From NCBI RefSeq assembly GCF_009914755.1, contig NC_060930.1: a stretch of 64,000 nt of DNA; one strand, given 5' to 3'. Shown piece after piece: positions 1-11,945 of the stretch. The notes beneath the pieces are model-generated. The model was given only the letters and a program-made list of their open reading frames with translations, had not been told where the DNA came from and did not search any database. Each line of letters starts with the position of its first letter. The first letter of the stretch is position 1. The DNA comes from the human T2T-CHM13v2.0 reference genome, Homo sapiens. The translations under genes and the position numbers were made by a program.

Positions 1-555
1 GAAATCCATTGGTCATGGCAACCCCAGAGAGTTGCAGATGAGGAAATTGAGGTCCTAAGTAGTTATATGAGTTGAATATATTTAAAACTAACAGATTATG
101 AATTCAAGGCATGAAACATTAATATATTATTATTATAATATACATGTTATGCCAAATATAAAATATGCATAATGCCATACAGGACATAGAAATCATAAAG
201 TAGTGAAAACAGATAAATGCACATAAGTGTATCCAATATATAAAGATATTTCCTGTAGATTATCACAGAAAGCAAATGTTCACACAGGTGATTTTCCCAC
301 TTGATAACTGATCAATTCCATTCATTAAAAGTATATTTCAATTCATTTCTATTTAAGCATAAATTAAGACCCTTCTAAACATTTATAGGTTCTTGGTGTT
401 GAAAAGAATCTCAAAACTCAAAACTCGTCAAACCTCCCTTCATATGTGATGTATGAGTTTGGAAAGCAGAAACAATGCTCTATGGCTATTTATTATTATC
501 TTATTCCCTGGACCAGTAAGGGACGCTCACATAAAAATAAGAAACACTTACATGA

Positions 556-960
<405 letters not shown>

Positions 961-1158
961 TCACTGGATTCAGGAAGCAATGAGATCAGGGCCAATGACA
1001 GTCTCCATTTGCTTCCCAACCCACCAGACCCCAAGTATCCATTGTCAAGACTATGTTTTATCCACTTTGTATTCAGTCACTACTAGAATAATCTCCTTTA
1101 CCCTCCCCAACTCACCAGGCCCACTACTGTCTATGCCTGGCACTTGGAGGGGTGGTAG

Positions 1159-1187
1159 GTGGATGGATGGATGGATGGATGGATGGG
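1159..1187. repeat. (GGAT)n tetranucleotide microsatellite
   Basis: Direct tandem TGGA/GGAT units. Confidence 0.9.
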
Positions 1188-1958
1188 TGAATAAGTACAT
1201 AAAAACTTTCCTCTTTTGTTGCAATATAATTCATATTTCATTCAAATACCAGGATAAAGTCTTTATCTCCTCTTCAAGGAGATGTTGTCCTTTTTCCTAT
1301 CAAAATTTACCAAATGTCTGTAGCTGGCCAGTTTCTAATCATAATAAAAACCAAAAGATATCATAATTTGGGTAGCATATCTCAGGATCTGGGAATTAAA
1401 AAAAAATCTATATCATGATGTCACTGAGAACATTAGTATCTTCTAAGTGTTGTCTTCTACATTAGCCCTGTATATTCCCATCAGAATGAAAGGGATTAGG
1501 ATTAGAGCTAGGGCTAGAGTTGATATATTACCCTGGAATGTTTCAAAAGTTTTTTTTAAAAAAAAGAATCTGAAGTTTAGATTTGAGAATATCATTAAGG
1601 GAAGTCTTATAATTTACCTTCAAACAAAATGCAATTTTATTGCTAAAGTGAGGCATGAGTTATTTTACAGCCAAAGAGAAGGTACAGTATTAAACACATC
1701 ATTTGTTTATTTTGAAAATACACCCTGGACCTGTGGATGTACATACTGTAATTGAAGTCATCTCAACAACAATTACTGGCCAGTTTCACACTCACTTAGC
1801 GGGGGAGGTGTGTTTCAATTAGTGGTTTCTTGCCAGTACTTCCTCATACTTTTTAGGCAACTCTTTGGACATTAGGGGGTTGTAGAGAAGTAGAAAGGAA
1901 AACTCATTACCCAGCCCTCAGAGAGTTCAGAAATTAAGTATAAGTTTGTACTACTCAC

Positions 1959-2302
1959 GGCTCTGCCTGTAGGCTTCTGTCCTCAGCCACGTAGTTAGAA
2001 GGAATATAGCCTTGTAGTTGCTGACTGGAGCCATCTCGTCTTTTCTCCAAGTGTCTGGCAAACCACCAGCCCTCATGCAAAGTGTCCAGAACTTGAAGTT
2101 TGTCACCTGCTCGGAAGCTCAAGTCCTCAGCAGTCCGAGCCTGGTAATCAAACAAAGCCACAAAGTAGTGGCCATGCCTCTGTGACTGGGGAGAGCAAAG
2201 GGCCCCTGGATTTTCAATCACGGTTGACTTGTCTGCCTCCGTGGACAAACAGGGGAGATAGGGTTCTAGGTACTCCCAGAGCCTCTGACAGATGTTGCTC
2301 AT
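1959..2302 (-). CDS. FRK: FRK (Fyn-related Src family tyrosine kinase) first coding exon: N-terminus and SH3 domain; the gene continues off the left edge
   Basis: [23 protein letters not shown]...[24 protein letters not shown]...GWWFAR...GYIPSNYV carries SH3 motifs and matches FRK. ATG at 2302 (acaATGa). Phase-2 donor CC|GTGAGT at 1958; the stop in the ORF track is intronic. Confidence 0.97.
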
Positions 2303-2870
2303 TGTGCCTTGGTGGGGAGAAGAGGAGCAGGGCTTCTCCCTCTCCCCTTAGTCTCTGCGATCCACCTTATCTTCCTTCACCAGGCAACTTTGAAGTCAGC
2401 ACCAACTCACCATACTTCGGAGAGTATGCAAAGTCCCGTTTCAGATCAGTCCAGCAGCTGGGTTGCAGCAAGTCCTACCTGGAGAGACTTACCGGCTTGC
2501 TTTCTGTGGCTGGAGGTGCTACCCCGAGGCAAAACTGAGCAGGAGCTGGGCAGCTGCTCACTAGGAAGGTGTCTTTTCTTCTTATCTGCTTAAGAATCCC
2601 ACAACAAAAATAAAATAAAATTAAAAGGGCTTTATTTAGACAAATATCTGAGAACAGAATGGTGCCATCTTGCCTTTTGTCCCAATAAAAAGTTAGCAAG
2701 AGGAAGCTACTAACCCCTGGTAAAACCTCCACGTCTTGCTTTCGCCAGGAGCTCTCCCCCTGTTTCAAGTCTGTTCCTGTCTTTCGACCAGTCCGGATCT
2801 GGACGGCTCTCTCCTTTTTGCTAATGAATAACCAACCAGCAGAGGCTGTTGCCTTTAACATTCTGAGCTA
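2303..2870 (-). other. FRK: FRK 5' leader (5'UTR of exon 1); the TSS position is approximate
   Basis: Unique, repeat-free sequence directly upstream of the ATG. The distal boundary is inferred rather than visible in the sequence. Confidence 0.55.
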
Positions 2871-3388
2871 TGAACAGACTGTAATAATTTCCCCTTACTT
2901 CCTGGTTTCTTTCTGTCTGTGATCTAAATGGTATTCTGACCTCTTTACCCCTCCCATCTCCCACACCCAAGATAGACCAGATCCTTTACCAAACTGTTAA
3001 AGCAGCCGCTAAAATCTATATTCCTTTTGTTTCATCCTGGAGAAACAGGCTAGCCCAGGTAGCTTTTTGTCTTGTTATGTTCCCAGCACTGAAATTCACG
3101 GCAGAGATTTTTTTCCCTGACAAATAGGAGTAGAATTGTTTTGCCACCACTAGGGGAAATTTAAAAAGGCAAATTAAAGTATTTAGGTATTTCTTGTCAG
3201 ACACAGAGCAATTGGAAAAGAACCATCAAGTCACTCCCTTTTCTCATTACCAAGAATAGATTTTAATAGCTTCAAAGAATAGTCACAGTCTGGAAAAGTA
3301 AGAAAGCAGCTGACTAAAATGCTGAGAACCCAAAATGTTGCTTTTTCCCACAGACATTTAATTTCCTATCCTTCAAGTACTATTTGGG

Positions 3389-3431
<43 letters not shown>

Positions 3432-3760
3432 ACACACCAACTAGGTGACCAGTAGAGAAAAAAAGAGTAGAACAGAAAAAGAGCTCTTTGCACACTGCTG
3501 TGGGGGCTCTTTCTGCTAAACTTTGACCTCCAGATCTATGCTAGTTCTTACTAACTTGGCAAGAACTCAGGAACTAATGAGACTGACATCAGGACAGCCA
3601 TCTCTAGACAGGCAGTGGTTTTTGCTTGACCTTCCCTAGTTCGGAGCAGCTGTCTCACAAATATGTGCCCTGGCAAAAACAGCCGGGCAATGAGTCTGGC
3701 AGATCAACGTACGGTCATTTATACTAGTAGACAGCATTGCAAACTTGTTTATGAAGTGTC
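2871..3760 (-). promoter_or_regulatory. Putative FRK proximal promoter (CpG-poor) with ETS, DR1 and GRHL-like motifs
   Basis: CAGGAAGT on minus at 2897-2904; AGGTCA-A-AGTTTA on minus at 3517-3529; AAACTTGTTT at 3741-3750. Confidence 0.45.
3390..3428. repeat. (CA)n microsatellite, about 19 units
   Basis: Perfect AC run. Confidence 0.95.
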
Positions 3761-3921
3761 ACTGATCTCTCTATAAGACTTTTTTTTTATTTCTTTCTTA
3801 AAAACAATCTTTCTAAATGTTGTGAGACCCTTGAACCTGGCTAACCTATTCCTAGTACAAGCTCATAACTTCTGTTCTTTTTCAAATTGCAAGGCATTTA
3901 GTAATCAGAATAATCAAACTC

Positions 3922-4042
3922 AAGAAAAAGGAAGAAAGAAAGGAAGAAAGAAAGAAAGAAGAAAGAAAAGAAAGAAAAAGAAAGAAAAGAAAGAAAGAAG
4001 GAAAGAAAGAAAGAAAGAAAAGAAAAGAAAAGAAAAAGAAAA
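3922..4042. repeat. GA-rich polypurine tract, (GAAA)n-like
   Basis: About 120 nt composed only of A and G on the plus strand. Confidence 0.95.
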
Positions 4043-5183
4043 TCAGAGAACCATGGCATCAGCCCAACCTGCTATTACTTTGTGCAAAAATCAGTCCATA
4101 GCAGTGGACAGATCAATTGGTTAAAATAAAATCTTGTGTTATGCTCCCAAGTTTCTCCAATTGTCTTTGGAGTCAGAGTACAAATAACAAGTTGACAGAA
4201 GTATAAAAGCCAAAAGCTGAGCCAAATTTTTGTTGTTGCTGTTGTTGTTTTGTTTTATAATGATATGAGACCTAAAATAGACTGTATATGTAATTTCATA
4301 TTATATACAAAACAGAAAATATATAATACCAAATGACCATAAAGGATATTTTGTTCCAAATACAATAATGGATGTAAAAGCATAGGATTCTATTAATGCC
4401 CCAACAGAGGCACAGATGCTGAAGTCTTCCCTGAGACATCTACATGATCTAAAAATGAAAAAAAAAAAAAGAAAAGAAAAGAAAGAAAGATTTGGAAGCA
4501 ACCTGAGAGATGTATTCAAACCCAATTTGTAAGTGGGGTTTTAGATTTTTGAATTGTCGGGGTTCTAAATTCAGATATACCTTTACTATAGTTATGACAA
4601 GGCATTCTGGAAAAAGACAAAGCAGCAGACCTGCACACCACAGTCATTGAGCAAGTGAGTGAAATTCAAAAAGCGGCCAACCATCCAAAGATGTCAGGTG
4701 AGCAATGGCCTGAGAACGCAGAGCTGAGGGGTGGAAAGAGAGAAGGTTTCTTTGTGTCCATAGTACCAGAATTCTCCAGTCACTCAATCTCCAAGTCTTG
4801 CAGTTATCTTTCGTTTGCTCCCTGGTTTCTTTGAGCTAATCAATCACTGAATTCTGCTCAGTCTTCCTTTTCATTTATTCCACAAACTTTTTTTAAAGCT
4901 CCTTCTGAGCGACAGCTGGGCACCAGACAGAAAACAGAATATTCTTTCCTAGATTATTCCAGAGGCCTCCTAACTGATCTCCCTTCCTCCAGCTTATTCC
5001 CATCTCTGGCTCATCTTGCACACCAAGATGAGTGGTGTTCATAATAGTTTATAGAGTAGTTTTTATAATAGTAACAATGACTGAGGTGATAAGTCATTCC
5101 TAGTCATTACTAGTAAGAGTAGCTATCTGTTTGGAAAGCTTTCTATGTGCCAGGCACTGTACTAAGAATGTTAGAAATAACAT

Positions 5184-5757
5184 CCAGGAATTCTACTCCA
5201 GGGTATGTATCCAAAAGATTTGAAATCAGGAAGTCTGAGAGATATTGAACTCCTATGTTTATTGCAGCACTATTCAAAACAGTCAAGTTATGGAATCAAT
5301 CTGAGTGTTCATCAATTGATGAATGGACAAGAAAATATGGTATATATACACATTAGAAACCTATTCAGCCTCAAAGAAGCAGGGAATCTTGTCATTTGTG
5401 ACAACATGAATGAACCTGAAGGACTTTATGCTAATGAAATAAACCAGACATGGAGGCAAATACTGCATGTTCTGACTTATATGTGGAAGCTAAAAAAAAA
5501 AAAAATCCAACACATAGAAGCAGAGAGCAGAATGGTGGTTACCGGAAGCTGGGGAATCAGGGGAATGGGGAGATGTTGGTTGAAGGGTACAATGTTTCAG
5601 TTAGACAGGAGGAATAAATGATAAGTATTCCATTCGAGACTGTGGATATGTTAATTAGCTTGAGTCAATAATTCTACACTGTATACATGTATCACAGCAT
5701 TACTTTGTACCCCATAAAATATACAATAATAATTTGTCAATATCAGGTAAAAATAAG
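5184..5757 (+). mobile_element. 5'-truncated L1 3' end (L1MA-like) inserted into a MIR
   Basis: L1 3' motifs (TATGTTTATTGCAGCACTATTCA, GCAGAGAGCAGAATGGTGGTTACC). TSD AGAATGTTA(G/C)AAATAACAT at 5165-5183 and 5758-5776. MIR-like sequence on both sides (TATGTGCCAGGCACTGTACTAAG; GAAACTGAGGCT...CCAAGGTCACAC). Confidence 0.85.
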
Positions 5758-8033
5758 AGAATGTTACAAATAACATATCATTTAATTCTCACCAAATAAA
5801 AAACAATGCCTACAAAGAAGGTAGTATTTTTTTTTAAAAAAAGTATTTTAGAGAAGAAACTGAGGCTGAAAGGCTAGGTAATTTGTCCAAGGTCACACGG
5901 CCACCAAGTGGCTAACCCTGAGTAACACTCTGTTCTCAATCTGACTCCAGAGCCTGAGAGTATAAATCCTCAGTTTTGCTGACTCTAAAAATATCTGATA
6001 TTATTCTTCTATGTAAAATTCTGGAAGAACCTCCAACACATTTGGAATAAACCTTAGTTCTTCAGCATGATACACAAGGCCCTGCTAACTTCTCCAATCA
6101 TGGTTCATCACTCCTGCACACAGGTCCTGTGACATAGTTCGCCAAATGACCAGCAGTTCCCTGCTGCACCTCTGCATCCTCCTCTACCTGCTCCCCTGAT
6201 GACTTCCTTGTCATTTTTCTAGGTTGGGTTCAGGCGATGCATGAATATAGATGAAAGGCCTCTATGCACCCCTAAATTCTGGCAGAAACTTCTACTTGGT
6301 TTGTGGTTGAGCCCCTCTTTGGTTTTCCAAGGAGAACTGAATTCCCTTCTCTGAACCTTTAGTGTCTTGTACAATGTCCATTATGTAAATAATAAATATT
6401 TGATGAATTAAATAATTAACACAGAAATAAAGAAAAAGAAACAGTGTGGGAGAGACAGAGATAAAAATGGGGAGGAAATGGAAGCAGGAAGAAACAATTG
6501 GGGAGAGATAAACATTTATGTGAATATTCATGATTGAGAGTGAAAGTTCTATAGTGTGAAAAGAGCCAGGAGCACAGAGGAGGGAATACATTCTGTCTAT
6601 TGCTTCTCAGTCCCTTCCTTTCCTCTCTTATTGCTCCCTGAATGTTAGATTCCTTTGCCAGCCTCCTAACCCAGTTTTCCTGCCTGGAGTCAATTTTCTT
6701 CTCATCCTTATAGCAAATTGCCACCACATTAATCTTAATCACTCTCCTACACAATAACCTTCAACAGATCCTCATTGCTTGGAAGATATGACTTGGAATT
6801 CAAGGCTAAGGAATTTGTACTTTATCCAAACTTTATCAGATGTACCCTTTCAACACCCCCTCCATTATGGCTTTATGTTAGCCAGACTGGTTTATTAGAT
6901 CTCCCATATGCCTCATCTGTTCCCACATCTGATCCTGTATCCTTTGCCATTCTTTTACTCAGTATTCCTTCCACTGCTAACTTCCCCTCCCAGTAAGTCT
7001 ACTTACTCCTGCCTGCATTTCAAGATCTGAATAAAAATCCCTCACCTCCTTAGACCTTCCTTAACCATTCCAGCCAAAAATCACTTCTGTCTTCCTTGAA
7101 TTTTCTAGCTCTCACAATCCCCACTCCTAATATACACAATATTAAATGAATTGAACCATGCTCCTATACCTGGTATGCTGAATACTGCTACAGAAAATCC
7201 AACAGCTATTCAGTTTTATACCAGGACGAATTAATGATCCCCAAACCCTGCTAGGCCTCAGCACTAGGGCTTAGAGAGAGCTATCATAAAGGAAAATTGG
7301 ACTCTGTCTCCCCAACTCACACAGTAACATATTCCCCCACACATAGAAAAGAGGATTATGGCCTAGGGAGCCATAAAAAATAAAAACAAAACTCTCCACC
7401 ACATAGTCTTCCTCCAAACTCTTGCTGTGAACCCATATAATCTGCAAATGTGCACTTCTTCTGCATACCTGTTGACCTTTGCTCAATCCCCTTCTTTTGC
7501 CTGATGTGATGACCCCAACTTCTCTCCCTTTTCCTACATTAACCATCTTCCAACTTATTTGCCAGATAAATATGGGTTCTTGTCTATCTTTTAAGAATCG
7601 AATAAAATGTCTCTGTCTTTATTAATTCTTTCCCAACTACTTCATTAGACAGAATTGACCACTCTCTCATTTGTGCCCTCCCAGCATAACCTATACCCAT
7701 TTTTGTCATTTATTCCATGTGTGATTCTGATCTCTTTATGTACTTAATGTAGTGTTCTTTTGTTCCTATATTGACACAATGCCTAACACTTAATGGACAC
7801 TCAATAAATATATGTTGAGTGAAATCTAATGAATGTCATTCTCCTAGAACACAGTTTATTATATCTTATGTAGTCTAATATCTGCTTATATGTAATTGTG
7901 TTGTTTCCCCAAGCATATTGCCCTGTCTTTGAAGACAAGTTTATGTCTTATATTTCTCTGTATCACAAGGAAAATCTAGAATCTGTCCTATGCATAGGAA
8001 GTCTCCCTACTTTCACTCTTGTTCGATTGCAAT

Positions 8034-8499
8034 TGTGATGTTTAATATTGAGTGTCAACTTGATTGGATTGAAGGATGCAAAGTATTGATCCTGGGTGTG
8101 TCTATGAGGGTGTTGCCAAAGGAGATCAACATTTGAATCAGTGGGCTGGGGAAGGCAGACCCACCCTTAATCTGTTCGGCATCACCTAATCGGCTGCCAG
8201 CAAATAAAAAGCAGGCAGAAAAACATGAAAAAGCGAGACTGGCCTAGCCTCCCAGCCTACATCTTTCTCCTGTGCTGGATGCTTCCTGCCTCGAACATCA
8301 GACTCCAGATTCTTCAGTTTTGAGACTCGGACTGGCTCTCCTTGTTCCTCAAGCTTGCAGGCAGCCTATTGTGGGAACTTGTGATCATGTAAGTTAATAC
8401 TTAATAAACTCCCCTTTATATATATATATGTGTGTGTGTGTGTGTATGTGTGTGTGTATCCTATTAGTTCTGTCCCTCTAGAGAACCCTGACTAATACA
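8034..8499 (+). mobile_element. MLT2A-type (ERVL) solo LTR with an internal TA/TG microsatellite
   Basis: TGTGATG.TTAATATTGAGTGTCAACTTGATTGGATTGAAGGATGC start and GAGAACCCTGACTAATACA end. TSD GCAA(T/C). Confidence 0.88.
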
Positions 8500-8914
8500 G
8501 CAACTTATTCTCCAAATGGCAGCCAAAATAATCTTTGTATAATATCAATCAGACCTGTGTTTTTCAATAGCTTCCCATTGCACTTATGAATTCCAAATTC
8601 CTTATCTTCAGAAATAAGGCTCTGCTGGGGCTGTCTCCAGCCTGTCCCTTCCCTCCATCTGGCACCACTCTTCTGGCTCTCTATGGGCCAGCCACAGTGG
8701 CCACCTTTCTGTTCACCACGGCAACAGCCAAGCCCTTTTTTCTGACCATGGATTCTTTCTCACTATTCTTCTAATCAACAACATTCTTGTCCAGATTCTT
8801 CATTTGGATGGATCTTTCTGTTCTCAACCTAAATAATGTATCATTAAAAAGGTTACCCCTAACCACTCTGTCTAAAGTAGCAAAACTACCCAACCTAGCT
8901 TCTCTCTTAGCATG

Positions 8915-9349
8915 TCTCATGGGTTGAATTGTGTCCTCCAAAAGGATATGTTGAAATCCTAACCCTCAGCACTTCAGAACGTGACCTTATTTGGAAATAC
9001 GGTCTTTACAGAGGTAATCAAGTTAAAATGAATTCATCAGGGTGAGCCCTAATCCAGTATGACAGGTGTCCTCATAAAAAGGGAAAATTTGGACACAGAC
9101 AGGCACAGAAACAACACCAAGCAAAGATACACAGAGAGAAGCCCAGCCATGTGAACAGAGTAATGCATCTGCAGGCCAAGGAATACCAGCAAACACCAGC
9201 AGCTAAAAGAGGCTAGCTATAGAGCATGGCACTGCTGACAACTTGATTTCAGACTTCTAGCCTTCAGAACTATGGAAGAATAGAGTGCTGTTGCTTTAGG
9301 CCACTCAGTCTTTGGTACTTTATTACAGCAGCCCAAAGGAACTATTACA
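8915..9349 (+). mobile_element. MLT1 (B/C-like) MaLR solo LTR inside L2 remnants
   Basis: ATGGGTTGAATTGTGTCC...GTGACCTTATTTGGAAATA...GCAGCCC...ACTATTACA. TSD GCATG. Confidence 0.8.
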
Positions 9350-10889
9350 GCATGTCACTATTTTTATTTTTATTTTCATTTATTTATTTATTTATTTATT
9401 TTTTGCAGCACTCATCACACTCTGTATTTACGTCTTCTATTTATTTGCCTACTGAGTACAGTCTCCTCTACTAGAAAATGTTCCAGTGAGATGGCGGCTT
9501 CATCTACCCTCTTCACTGCTATGTCCCTAGAGCTTAACCTGTTATAGGCAATCAACCAATAATCATTACATAATGGTAAAAATAACAAAAAACATTTTTA
9601 TTGATAAAATAATATCACTACAAATGCAGTAGATACAAAGACACTGCTATTTCAGTGGAAAATTCCTATTTCTAGAAGGAAAGTTGGGGCCACTTATACT
9701 AATTGCAAGAGTCTTGTTGTTGTTGTCATTGTTTTCTATAATAGAACAAAGTGAAATATCTCTAAAGATTATTTTATACCAAAGGCTGAATGATAATGTC
9801 TGGCTACTACTGCTGAGAGGCTGATGATGGGATTTATGTTATTCTGAGGTTTAATGGAAACTTTTTCAGGCTTCAGCTGTCTTCCATGATGCCATTAAAT
9901 AAGCAGACCGCAAACAATTTCATCTTATCCCTTGGACTTGAGTCTTGGCATCAGCTTAATCTTTTATTCTCTTCCAGACAAAATTTAGATACTTCCTTTG
10001 GCTATAATACAGCTTGGTACCTTGGGATTCTCCATCTCTTTCATCTTAACCTTCACCAATTCCTCTTTTAGTCATCTCTTGTAGGACCAAACACTAGCCT
10101 GACACTAGGGGAAATGACAAGAATCCGTTAAAATGAAAGGAAATGAAATATGGAGCTCTTTAGTTATAATCAGAGGAAAACAATGATGATGATCATGATG
10201 ATGATGAAAAGATGGCCTTTAATATTTGCAGCAGATGGTAACAACTTAATTCTAAATTTATTCCAGTTTTCTTGGCCAAAGAGTATAATCCTCAGACTGG
10301 AAAAAGAAGACCAGACATATGTGAGTGAGTCTTGGAATTTAAAGAAAAGCAATGACTATTAGAAGCTAATATGGGCTTAAAAAGAAAAAAAAAAGATGCC
10401 GAATTAACCTCAATTTCCTTTTTCATATAGAATTACTATTGTAAATAAAAAATTGTTTAATTACTTCGGAACTTAGAAGACATCAAAACCAAATGCTGTA
10501 TTTTACAACTGGTTCTATCTAACCAGCTGAAACCGTTGAAGAACATGAATTTTGAGGTGTGTTGGCATGCCATGTCCTTAATATCCATAACTGTAGCAGT
10601 TTTCCTGACCAATGATGACGGACTACATTAAACATCCAGCCAACATGGGATGCTGGACTCATTCTCTCCTAAACAGAAGGTGTGTTTTCAATACTTACAG
10701 AGCATAATCATGAAACCCTATTTCTATATTTGAAAATCCATGAATTTTACCCTCAATAAACTATAGCTACTCAGTGAATTTCTTTACTGATCTGAGTTCC
10801 CTTACTTGCAAGTATATCAATTCAGGTTTAAAAAAAAAAAAACTTTTTAAAGCTTTTTGTTTCATTCTTTGGCACTGTCAAAGACACAA

Positions 10890-11110
10890 AATAGGCACAG
10901 TATATCTAGATTTCAGTAAGATACTGAAAAAAATGATCTAGCAATATCCGCAAATGGGATTAGAGAACTTGCTTTCCAAAAAGACTGAATATTCTTGTAT
11001 ATGCAATCTCCCAGAAGCAGCTGATAAGCCTTTCCTAAAATATAGTTATCCATGGTTTACCCAGGTGATTTGTTCTTGCCTATTAAGCAGATAATTCATC
11101 AATCAAGATT
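10890..11110 (+). mobile_element. Ancient CR1/L3 LINE reverse-transcriptase fragment
   Basis: GTATATCTAGATTTCAGTAAG reads VYLDFSK, a CR1 RT motif, followed by a degenerate GVPQG-like segment. Confidence 0.45.
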
Positions 11111-11483
11111 CACATCTACCTAGCAGCAACATTATTTTAGCAATGCCACAGAGCCTCTCTAATCTGTTAGACACTATCAAATTTCCCCAAAATAACAGAA
11201 AATAGAAGCACCTGAAGTCTCTGAGGACTTTTTTCTCAAGAACTTCTCTTTTGATATTTCACCAAGTTTGGGATACAAAATTTGTGGCTGGGCTGACTGA
11301 ACATGAGGATATGTAGTATGACGGCATAGTTCTTACTGTTCATCTTCAAGTTTCTTGGCTAATTCCAAACTCTATGTGCAAAGTAAGATGAACAGAGTCA
11401 TGCCTCTCTTGCAGTTAACTCCTATGAAAATATTTATATTATTCAATATTACTGTGAAAAAAATATTTTTAAAGCTTTCATTT

Positions 11484-11563
11484 GGCCAGGCATGGTGGCT
11501 CACACCTGCAATCCCAATACTTGAGGGGGCTGAGTTGGGAAGATCACTTGAGGCTAAGAGTTC
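11484..11563 (+). mobile_element. Short Alu left-monomer fragment (FLAM/AluJ-like)
   Basis: GGCCAGGCATGGTGGCTCACACCTGCAATCCCA...GATCACTTGAGGC. Confidence 0.75.
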
Positions 11564-11799
11564 TAACCAGTTTAAAAACTAAAAATCAATCTCACTTGGT
11601 TTTCCTAGAAGGTCTTATCCAGGTATAAAAGTGGATTAATTCTGCTTAGTTTCGTAGATCAAACAAAAAAGGATGAATATGAATGTCATTCTGCACTAGA
11701 GCAGGGGAAAACAAAAAGGATTCAGGCTGGTGAGACCTGCAGATGGTCAGGGGAAATTCCTTGGGGATTTGGGCTTCCTCCTGTCTCTCTCACCTTTGA

Positions 11800-11945
11800 C
11801 ACAAAGCATCACAAACCACCCAGGGATCCTGTAAAAACTTGGATTCTAATTCAGTAGATCTGGAGTGAAGTCTGACAGTCTGCCTTTTTAACAAGCTCCC
11901 AGGTGATGTCCATACTGCTGATCTTAGGACCACAGTTTGTGCGGC
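11800..11945. mobile_element. MER5-type hAT DNA transposon fragment
   Basis: GATTCTAATTCAGTAGATCTGG...TTTAACAAGCTCCCAGGTGATG...GGACCACA. Confidence 0.65.

Noticed and set aside
3822-4124. Lys/Arg/Glu-rich 100-aa ORF
   Set aside because: An artefact of the stop-free (GAAA)n tract, with a non-ATG start.
5205-5621. 138-aa ORF
   Set aside because: It lies inside a truncated L1 3' fragment and is degenerate ORF2/3'UTR sequence.
5899-5914. CTCF-like CCACCAAGTGGC
   Set aside because: Poor match to the core spacing and lies within a MIR; too weak to report.
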